NCBI GenBank assembly: GCA_031835245.2
Contig: JAVKOQ020000013.1
Coordinates: 372,001-416,077, forward strand
Direction of reading: 5' to 3'
Length of the DNA: 44,077 nucleotides
DNA from: Balamuthia mandrillaris
Lineage: Eukaryota
Part shown: in pieces, positions 12,416 through 21,119 of the stretch
Layout: each line of letters begins with the position of its first letter
How positions within the stretch are numbered: position 1 is the stretch's first letter
The notes under the pieces: model-generated
What the model was told of the DNA's origin: nothing
Databases searched by the model: none
The model's input: the letters and a program-made list of their open reading frames with translations, nothing else
Program-made: the position numbers and the translations under genes

Positions 12416-13779
12416 TCATTTACTTTTGTGGGCCTCATGCTGGCGAAGCCACTGTTCCATTTCTGGGTAAAGAAGCGCGTCGCTATACGTCTGTTCGTCC
12501 CAAGGACATCCATTCTCACGAGCCCATTTCAAAACTGCAACCCGCCCCATTCGCGCCGCCCCACGACACGTCCATTCGTCCCAAGGGCATCCATTCGCTC
12601 TGGCCCACTTCAACACTTTCAAATGACCTTCCGTGGCTGCTTTTTGGCAAGTGTACTCTGTCCAAGGGCAGCCATGCTCTCTCGCCCACTTGACCACTTC
12701 CAAATGGCCCCCTTCGGCAGCGTAGCAGCATGTATCCGCCGTCCATGGGCAGCCATTCTCATGAGCCCACTTTAGCATTTCCAGATCTCCTCTCCTGGCC
12801 GCCGCCATGGTGGTGTCACTGCCCCAAGAGCAGCCCTGCTCTCGAGCCCATTTGAGCACCTCTAGGTTTCCGCCCTTCGCTGCAAAGTAGCACACGACGT
12901 CTTTATCCCAAGGGCAGCCGTTCTCGTGCGCCCACTTGACCACTTCCAAATGACCCCTTGCTGCCGCCATCATGAAGACAGTTTTGTCCCAAGGGCAGCC
13001 ATTCTCCCTCGCCCACTTGAGCACTTCCAAGTGCCCTCCTTGAAACCATACCCGGCACAAGCGGGACGTTTGGCAGTGCTGAAGTGGGCAAGAGAGCAGG
13101 GCTCCCCATTGCGTGCTGCATACCCGCACACGTCGCTGCCCCAGGGGCACCCATGCTCCCGTGCCCATTGCAACATCCTCAAGTCCCCATTCTCTGCTGC
13201 TGCGGCGCACGTCGACGAGGTCCAAGGACAACCCTTCTCCAGCAACAGCTTAGCAACTGCCAGACAACCGCTTTCAGCTGCGCCACGAAACGTCCAAACA
13301 CCCGCAGGGCAGCCTTGTTCCAGAGCCCACCGCAGGACCTCCACGCGCCCGTTGAGTGCTGCTTGGAGGCAAACGTCTGCATTCCATGGGCAGCCCTGTT
13401 CTCTGACCCACTTCAAGACTTCCAAATGGCCGTGGCGGGCTGCCTCGGCGCAAATGTCTTCCGCCCACTCGCGGCCACGTTCTTCGTGGAGCCACCGAAC
13501 CACCTCCAACTGGCCCTTCCTGGCAGCTGCGGCGATGGTGTTATGTTGAAGAGAGTAGCCATTGCCAAGCGCCCATTGCAGCAAGGCTAGTGAGCTGCAC
13601 GCTCCCCGCGCAGAGAGCCTGTAGCGCAGCTCTTCGGGGCAGGAGGAGAACCACCGTCGGCAGGTCCTGGCTGCCACGCCCACCGCGTCTCTTGGGAGCA
13701 GACGCAGCACCATCCACAAGAGCTCTGTTGGCAGCAGCTCTTCGATCCAACAAGGCGTGTTTGTGTTCTCCTCGCTCAT
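12416..13779 (-). pseudogene. Intronless F-box-like + ankyrin-repeat protein ('GHLEVLKWARENGCPW' repeats), reading frame disrupted at ~13040-13110
   Basis: ATG at 13779. N-terminal LPTELLWMVLRLL..VAARTCRRW is F-box-like and is followed by ~25-aa repeats. The 5' half is in ORF 12970..13809 and the 3' half in ORF 12416..13231. At the junction one repeat fragment (GRLAVLKWAREQG) is encoded on the opposite strand. This could be a true pseudogene allele or an assembly error. Confidence 0.85.
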
Positions 13780-13838
13780 CCTCGGCCCTTCCTTCTTGGG
13801 GGATAACAATAATTAAAGAGGAAAAGCAAGAAGAAGAG
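13780..13838. promoter_or_regulatory. Candidate bidirectional promoter region (59 bp between divergent start codons)
   Basis: Lies between the ATG at 13779 (-) and the ATG at 13839 (+), with an AT-rich core ATAACAATAATTAAA. Function is inferred from gene geometry only. Confidence 0.45.
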
Positions 13839-15405
13839 ATGGAAAAAGAAACAAAGGAGTTGGTCGGTTTGCAGAGACAAAACTGGGCCTACTATGAAGG
13901 TCGCTTTCGCCAACGACGGGTGCGGCTGAAGCTCATCTACGGGCTCTCCACCTCCTCGCTGGAATTGCTGAAGGGCAACCTCAACCAGTTGGCCAACCAC
14001 CAGCGGCTCCACCCAAACGTTGTTCCGATTCTCGGCATGGCGCAACGTCCTTCTCCTTCTGAAGAAGATGAAGAGGAGGAGGAGGAGGAAGGGCACGGAG
14101 AAGAAACAGAAAAAGCGCAACAGAAGACCAAATGGCCATTTCTTTGTAGTCCACCAGAAGATGAAGATAGGGAGGAAGAGAAAAGAGGCTGTAATGTTTG
14201 GCGGTGGTGGGAAGGAGGACGTAGCAGCGGGAGAGAAGTGGTTTCCGTGGTGTGGGACACGATGACTCCGCCTTCGGATCCATTGCCTTTAGAAGCGGTC
14301 CTCCACAACAGGGGATACATGCTGGATTGTAGACACATTGTGACCATGGCTTATGACATCGCCAGTGCTGTTGCGTTTCTTCATTCCTTGGGCATTATTC
14401 ATGGAACCCTTTCTTCACGATGTTGCGAGGTGGTTTTTCTTTTCTTGTTCGTCGTCGTTATTGTTGTTCTTCTTCTTTATCTTCTTCTTTATCTTCGTTG
14501 CAACCCTCCTCCTGTTTTTGTTCGCTAACAAGCATAAAGGTATGGAGCGATGGTGCGAGGACTGAGACGAAAGGTGCCTCAAATGTTCGGGTCTTCGACT
14601 ACGGTCTTCGCGATAGACTGTGCCTCCCTTATCGGTCCCCTTCAACCACTTTCTCAGCGTTCGCTCTCCTCCATTTCTTGCATCTTATGACCTCGCTTTT
14701 GTTCGCTAAAAACATGGTCATAACAGATGGCCACCAGAAGTGTTGCTGCAACAGAACGACGAAGACAATAACAACACTCCTGCTCTACTCTCCGAAAAGA
14801 CGGACTGCTTCGCGTTTGGGATGCTGCTCTACCAACTCATGTGTCGTTCGGTGGAACTGCCTCCTCGAAGAAAACGAGATGGATACCAATTCCTTCCATC
14901 CGGCTTCCTGCCTCAAACAGATCCCCTTCACACCTCATCTCCGGTGATGAACTTCTGGCAGAGCGAACAGGAAGCAAACGTTCAACGCACATTTCTGTCG
15001 AAGTTGCCATTCGAAGTGATGTTGAAGGTGCTGGACTACGTTTCCTGGAAAGAGCATCCGTTTGCTTCAGACTTACCGATGGACCTTGTGCAGCTACTTT
15101 GGGAATGCTGCCATCAAGAACCAGAACAACGGCCCTCGTTTGCAACCATCGTGGAGCGGTTGGAGGCCATCAAAGAAGATTTTACCAATGATCCTTCCTT
15201 TGACTACGTCTATGCTGGCCTTCTGCAACCACAAAAAGAAGAGCCTCAGCACCCCCAAAGGGCTTCTTTGGGGCTTTCGCGTAGCAGCAGCAGGAGGCCA
15301 GCTGTCAATAATGTGCAGAAGAATAGCTTCTCGTTTTTGTTTCGTTCTTTTTTTTTGTGGATAAAGCAAAGCAATAACAATTGTTTTGGTAATGAATGCA
15401 ACTGA
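13839..15405 (+). CDS. TKL-like protein kinase fold protein, probable pseudokinase, 2 introns
   Basis: LHPNVVPILG (subdomain IV), AYDIASAVAFLHSLGIIHGTLSSRCC (VIa/VIb without the catalytic Asp/Asn), VRVFDYG (VII), WPPEVL formed across a splice (VIII), KTDCFAFGMLLYQL (IX), ECCHQEPEQRPSFATIVERL (XI). Introns at about 14430-14539 and 14620-14727. Confidence 0.8.
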
Positions 15406-15409
15406 TATT

Positions 15410-16729
15410 CTACCGCTTGTTGTTGTTCTTCTTGTTCTTCTTGTTCTTCTTATTCTTGTTCTTCCGTTTCTTTTTCTCCTTGTTCTTCTTCTTGTTCTTC
15501 TTCTTCTTCTTGTTCTTCTTCTTCTTCTTCTTCTTCATATCTTCTTGTTCTTGTTCTTCTTCTTGTTCTTCTTCTTCTCCTTGTTCTTCTTCTTCTTCTT
15601 CTTCTTCTTCTTGTTCTTCTTCGTTCTTCTTCTTCTTCTTATTCTTCTTCTTGTTCTTCTTCTTCTTCTTCTTCTTCGTTGCTTCTTTTGCTTCTTCCTT
15701 CTGCTCTAGGTTGAAGTCCTGATCAGCGGGCTGAGCACACCGTTTGCTGCAGCACATTCGCAACGGGCTTGTTCCATACCCACCATCATCCCAAGTTTGG
15801 TATTCAAGCCACGTCGCTGGCCCAAAGAAGGCTTTTCCACATTCAGTGCAACGGCGCCCTCTCTGCTGAACCATCTCGCTCACGGTGGATGGAAGGGAGT
15901 CGAGTATGGCTGGATGTCGCTCCTCGGGTAAGCCGCTCAAAATCTTACTCACAGCATAACAAGCGAGGTCCAACAAGGATAGCGCGGAACGCGTTGTTGA
16001 GGGTGCTTGATCGTTGCTCCTGTGCTTCTTGGTCCTGTCGGGCTCCACGTGGGGTCGCGGAGGAACGCGGCAGGATATTGCCTCCAGGTGCTCCCAGGTG
16101 AGTTTGGATTCGAGTTCATCGTCAAGTCTAACCAGTTCTTCCCTCCTCCTCACAACAACCCTTTGCGTATCTTTGTCCTCCAAAAACAATCCATAGATAC
16201 TATTCTTGTGCAACTGAGCCCTACCAAACCCAATTCTTCGTTGGAGAATGTTACGTGGCTCCGCAACAACCTCCCACTTCGTAGAAGAAGCAGGGCCTGA
16301 AGCTGGTCGAATGTGTAACCTGCCAGTGTCCCTCTTGGACTGTCCTTGCCACTTCAGTCCTCCATCGAAGCTGAGCTCTGTGTCGGAATGGTGTTCCACG
16401 ATGTAGTCCACAATGTAGCCCAACCACTCGGCATAGCCGTAGAACTTGTCTGCTTCCGTGCAGATGAACGTCAGGGCCTCGCCTTGCACATCCTGTCCGT
16501 TCTCCAGGTACCACCCACACCAGCACGAAGGCACGCTGGAATCTCCGTGAAAGAAGGAGTTCAGCGGGCCACCCACCTTGCCGTGCCTGACGGCATCAAA
16601 GGAGTCCGTGTCGCCATCCCCATACGTGTTGTTCCTTGCTCCCGCGATTTTGTTGAACTGGGCCACAAACGCCTGCGAGAGCTGCGGGCGAATAACCAAG
16701 TCGCCCTCAAAATCCGTTGAGTACCCCAT
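15410..16729 (-). CDS. Intronless 439-aa chimeric hypothetical protein: uncharacterised N-terminal domain, possible degenerate PX-like segment, BC-box/SOCS-like motif with Cys4 zinc ribbon, K/E/N low-complexity tail
   Basis: Single long ORF with an A-rich context before the ATG. Motifs: MGYSTDFEG...PSCWCGW...KFYGYAEWLGYIV...GGLKWQGQ..DTGRL; SLLDLACYAV...LP; CTECGK...CCSKRC. Confidence 0.75.
   Translation of the reverse strand: MGYSTDFEGDLVIRPQLSQAFVAQFNKIAGARNNTYGDGDTDSFDAVRHGKVGGPLNSFFHGDSSVPSCWCGWYLENGQDVQGEALTFICTEADKFYGYAEWLGYIVDYIVEHHSDTELSFDGGLKWQGQSKRDTGRLHIRPASGPASSTKWEVVAEPRNILQRRIGFGRAQLHKNSIYGLFLEDKDTQRVVVRRREELVRLDDELESKLTWEHLEAISCRVPPRPHVEPDRTKKHRSNDQAPSTTRSALSLLDLACYAVSKILSGLPEERHPAILDSLPSTVSEMVQQRGRRCTECGKAFFGPATWLEYQTWDDGGYGTSPLRMCCSKRCAQPADQDFNLEQKEEAKEATKKKKKKKNKKKNKKKKKNEEEQEEEEEEEEEQGEEEEQEEEQEQEDMKKKKKKKNKKKKKNKKKNKEKKKRKNKNKKNKKNKKNNNKR
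15417..15678. repeat. (TTC/TTG)n trinucleotide low-complexity tract encoding a poly-K/E/N tail on the minus strand
   Basis: Directly visible, and in frame within ORF 15410..16729. Confidence 0.9.
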
Positions 16730-16864
16730 TTTTTCTCTCTTCTCCTCTCTTCACTTTTTTTTTTTTGCTTTTTAAATGAAAGAGCCATTTTCCAGGAAAA
16801 TTTTTAAAAGTTGAAGAAATTACCATGTCGTCACGACAAATTCACGACGAAACCCCACACGGAA
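16730..16864. promoter_or_regulatory. Candidate bidirectional promoter with palindrome TTTTCC-A-GGAAAA
   Basis: 135 bp between divergent ATGs at 16729 (-) and 16865 (+). Perfect inverted repeat at 16788-16800. Confidence 0.45.
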
Positions 16865-18244
16865 ATGCAGCAGGCCGGGCAGGAAGAGGTGGAGGAGGAG
16901 GACTACATGTCCGGCGCCTTTCTGGAGCTGGCAGCACGGAGCGAGCGTGGCAATGAGCGAGCTTCCAGGGAGGAGCGCAGGAAGCGTAAGATAGGTACCT
17001 ACTCAGCTCAGCTTGCATTTGTCACGTTTTTTTTTAAAAAACAAAACAAAAAACAAGCCAAAATGGGAACTCACTGACTGACGGGATAGAGCGGATTTGA
17101 TCCTGCTTTGTTTTTTTTTTTTTTTTTGTTTCTCCTCCTCCATGTGTGCAGAACAAAAACGGGCGCAACTCGGTCGCCCTCTCAAAGTCAGAGAAAAAGA
17201 AAAACTGAAGGAAGGCCTCGCCACCGCCATTTCCAGCGAGAACGTTGGCTTCCGCCTCCTTCAGAAGATGGGCTACAAGTGCGTGTTCTTCTCCTTGTCC
17301 TGCTTCTTGTTGTTGTTCTTCTTGTTCTTCTTCTTCTTCTTCTTCTTCTTGTTCTTCTTCTTCTCCTCCTCTGCCCTCCGTTCCCGTTAGACAATAGTGT
17401 TTATGTTTCTTTCTTCCTTGATGATTCGTTTTGCAGAGAAGGTAAAGGTCTGGGCAAGCAAGAAGCAGGCATAACAGAGCCAGTGGCTCTGGAAGCCGAT
17501 CTTGACCGGCCGGCTCGTTCTGGTTTAGGCCGAGGCGACAGCAGCAGACGTGCCACCTTCTTTTCTTACAGCAAAGGGGAGGATGAAGAGCAGGACAATG
17601 TAAATAATGATAGCGAACCGAAGAAGAAACGAGTCAAGACAACAGCTGGAAGTGCCTCTATTGTTGCCTTGCAAGATAGCTTTAAGGAGAGAGTGAAGAA
17701 TCGCTTTGAAGAGAAAAAGATAGAGGGACAGTGGCGCAAGTGTTTGGCCCTTTGTGCAACATTAGAGCAGCAAAAGCGTGAAGAGAAAAACGAAGGCAAA
17801 GACAGAGACAGAGACGAGGCTAGCCAGTATCTGCTTCTGTTTGAAGAGCAACAACGGAAGAAAGAGGCCAGACGCAAAGAAATCGCCGAGCATGGAAGGG
17901 TGACAAGCGAAGAGTTATTGCTCGATGCTGATGAAGCGTTATCCTTTGATGAGGTTTGTCTATGTTTCTCTCTTGCGTCTGCTTCACGGCTTTTGTCTCT
18001 ACTTCTCGACTTCTCTCTACCCTTCTTCACTTCTTTTGTCTCTGCGTTGCTCCCACAATAATAACCATTCTGCCAACAGAAAAGCGAACGATTGGCGCAG
18101 CTGCTGCACCACTTGCGAACGGAGCACTTGTATTGTTTCTTTTGTGGGTGCAGCTTCGAGAGCGAGGCGGAGATGCTGGCCACCTGCCCTGGCCCTCTGG
18201 AGCATCACCACGAGGACGGTGGTGGCGGGGGTACTGCCGAATGA
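16865..18244 (+). CDS. GPATCH11: G-patch domain protein 11 (CCDC75) homolog, 3 introns
   Basis: N-terminal EEEDYMS; G-patch ISSENVGFRLLQKMGYK/EGKGLGKQEAGITEPV..RSGLG; C-terminal DUF4187-type LHHLRTEHLYCFFCGCSFESEAEMLATCPG. Stop TGA at 18242-18244. Confidence 0.88.
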
Positions 18245-18333
18245 ATAAACTCCTAAACTTGCCGTAAGGTGCACCTCCCCTTTATTTTCATTTACACTTT
18301 AAAGAAAGAAAAGAAAGACAGCTGAGGAGGTCT

Positions 18334-18336
<3 letters not shown>

Positions 18337-18381
<45 letters not shown>
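18337..18381. repeat. (GA)n microsatellite, intergenic
   Basis: Directly visible tandem dinucleotide run. Confidence 0.95.
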
Positions 18382-18389
<8 letters not shown>

Positions 18390-18438
18390 GCACAGAACGG
18401 CTTAGTAATTCCAACGTTGTGGGTCCCTCTCTCTGGAG

Positions 18439-20158
18439 ATGGAACAACAGGCAGGAGGAGGGTTGACGCGCTGGGAGTGGTGGAGAGGGGTGGCCATCGC
18501 CGCGGTGGTGGTGTCGCTGGTGGTGGGCGTGGCGGAGCTGGGCCAGTACCTCCAAACCAGCCTCGGGTTTGACAAGGCCTACTTCTTGGTCTACGTGAAC
18601 ACCACCTTCGTGTCGTCCCTCCTCTGGATCGAGTTCCTGCGCTTCCTCGTTCTGGATCGGCGGCAGCGGCGGGGGCAGGAGGAGGGAAGGGGGAGAAGGG
18701 GCTTCCTCATGCTCCTCGGCAGCGGGATGGAAGAGGACACGCCTGTGAACGAGAGCAACGATGAAGATGTTGAGGTGAGGAAAACGTTGTCCTCAAGGAA
18801 AGAAAAGGCAGAAGAGGAGAAGAGCAAGCTCCTTCCTTCTTCTCCACAAATACAAGAGGAGCAAGCTGGTGATGAAGGCAACGACAAAACGTTTCGGGGA
18901 GCAGGCGCTGCCTTCTCAGCGCTGCGCGGCGTTTGGGAGCGGTTTCTTGCCCATGTGGTGGCTGCCACCGATGGGGTTAGTTTGAAACGGTTGGCTCTGG
19001 CCGCTATTCCATTGACTGTGTTCTGGTGGCTAGCCAACTACTGCTACGTACGTTTTTACTTTTGTTTTCGTTTTAAACCCATCCAGCTCTCTCGTTAATC
19101 TGTATCATCTGCTTTGCTGCTATCTCCCTTCATGAAACAACAACAGACGTTGTCCTTGCCGTTAACCTCTGTGGCCTCCATTTTGAGTATAGAGCAAGCC
19201 TCCACCATTTTTGTTTACATCCTTTCCGTTATTTTCCTTCGCGAGAAGATCACTCTCATCAAAGGTACCTGCAGGCACTCTCTTTATCTCTCCCTCTGCT
19301 TTCATTTTCCACCTCACCCTCCACACTGTTTACTGACACCACCAACTCCCACCTGATCTGCAACGTGATGAACAGTAATGGCGGTGGTGGTATGCATCGG
19401 AGGAGTAGTCCTCATCGCTTTTGGTGATGATGAGGGAAGCAAGCATGATAGCTCCTCCTCCTCTTCTGCTTCTTCCTCTGAGACGAAGCAAAAGCCGTTG
19501 TTAGGAGACATCATAGTGGTGTTCTCCGCAATCGGCGGTGCCTGTTACATGGTCTTCTACAAGAGGGTGCTGTGCAGCGGTGGAGGCGGCGGTCTTGGCC
19601 TCCCTGCAGTCAATGTGTTGCTCGGTTGTGTAGGCCTTTGCAACGCGTTGTTCGCTTGGCCTGGTTTGGTATGGTTCTTTGTCTCTTTCGCACTTTATGG
19701 CGTTTGCTCATCCAAAACTTCTCATGCAGATAATAGTGAACTACACGGGATGGGAGCCATTCGTGCTGCCAACATCAGCATCCATAGTGCGCGCTGTCCT
19801 GGCCAAAGCCTTCCTCTCCGTGATGTACAACTACCTGCTGAACTACGGCATAGTGGTAACGTCACCGCTGTTCATGCGCATAGCCATCATGTGCTCCGTG
19901 CCAGCCAGCTTTCTGGTGCAGTGGATCCTCTCCCGAGAGGGGCATCACCATTCGGGGCTGAACTGGATACAGCTGCTGGGCGCGTCATTGGTGTTGGTTG
20001 GCTTTGTGGCTTTTTGTGTTGTGAGCCGACCAACTTCGCAGCAGGGAGGAGAGGAGCAGACAACGACAACGACGATGACGAGTGGATCGATGGACAAGCA
20101 CGAAGGGAACGGTGGGGAGACCGACGGGGAGATTGTGGTTGCGCAGGACGACAAATGA
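18439..20158 (+). CDS. DMT/EamA superfamily transporter, SLC35F-like, 3 introns
   Basis: Multiple hydrophobic helices and the motifs FDKAYFLVYVNT, FWWLANYCY, TSVASILSIEQASTIFVYILSVIFLREKITLIK, LLGDIIVVFSAIGGACYMVFYK and YNYLLNYGIVVTSPLF. Stop TGA at 20156-20158. Confidence 0.85.
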
Positions 20159-20401
20159 AGGTCAAGCATTGTGTCCGCTTTAGTGTGTCGATGACCTGCA
20201 CGGAGATATGCACGAGCTGCCAGGGTTGATTGGCCCCCACCGCTGGAAGCTATTAGTGCCAAACCAAAAAACCACTCAAAATACTACCTGGCCAGAAGGA
20301 AGGTTCCATTGAAATCCTCGTGGAGCATTCTCTTGGAAACAATATAAATAGACTTTTTAAGTCTCTGCCAGCATGTGGTACAATCCCCCTCACATAAAGC
20401 T

Positions 20402-20503
20402 ATCATGGTGGTCTCTGCTTCTCTCTCTGTCATATTGAACAGGCCGACTTGGCAGCAAAAAGGAGAGCAGACAACGACAACGATGCGACACCATTTTATT
20501 TAA
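20402..20503 (+). repeat. Degenerate duplicate of the 3' coding end of the SLC35F-like gene
   Basis: The 19-nt string GAGCAGACAACGACAACGA occurs at both 20054-20072 and 20465-20483. The translation NRPTWQQKGEQTTTTM aligns with SRPTSQQGGEEQTTTTTM. Confidence 0.7.
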
Positions 20504-21119
20504 AAAAAAAAACATAGTTTGGTTAACGTTAGAATCGGCCTACCGTGCCAACCAAACAGGGTAAAGACAAATTGTTTGATGAAGAGCACGCCCCCTTGTT
20601 CTTGTGGTTTCGGTATTTTGCACTATTATGTTTATGTTGCGGAATGAAAAAAAAAAAAAAGGCGCCTCGTCGGAACTCGTTACCAGAAAACCAATCGGAT
20701 GTGCGGCTAATTAATACCCGGATTAATTCATTAATCTCCTATATACCTATGTATGTATGAGGTGCAAGAGGGCCCGCACGAGGACCATTCCGGGTGACCC
20801 GCTCTCAAATGAGCGTGGGGCTTGGACGAGAATGAAAGGAGAGCGGTTGGTGGCGGCGGAGCGTCTTGCTTTTATGCGGTTCGTCGGTGCCACATAACGC
20901 CATATTCGTTTCCTTCGTCAAGGCGAACCGTAATTTGTGAAAGGAAAACCTTTTTTTTTCTTTCGCTTCATTTGTTATTTTGTCCAGCTTCTACGAACGT
21001 ACCGGGTCTTCGGCGCAAGACGAGAGGAACAAAGTCGTGTTAGCGAGAGCAACGGGAAAGGGTGTCCTTTTTTTGTTTACTACTTGTAACTGCTGCTCTT
21101 GCTTCTCGTCGTCATCATC

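Noticed and set aside
12416..13560. Regularly spaced ~75-bp repeats as a CRISPR-like array
   Set aside because: The repeats are degenerate protein-coding ankyrin units in a eukaryotic gene, with no identical direct repeats, unique spacers or cas genes.
13590..13838. Upstream extension of the kinase ORF overlapping the ankyrin gene start
   Set aside because: It is the antisense frame of the F-box region. The ATG at 13839 with an A-rich leader is the more plausible start.
15386..15722. Plus-strand poly-Phe/poly-Leu 'membrane' ORFs
   Set aside because: They are antisense readings of the K/E/N tail of the minus-strand gene.
20700..20900. GC-rich stretch considered as a tRNA or structured ncRNA
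   Set aside because: I found no cloverleaf, T-loop GTTCRA in the proper context, or snoRNA boxes with terminal stems by eye. An Infernal/tRNAscan-SE search would be needed to exclude this fully.
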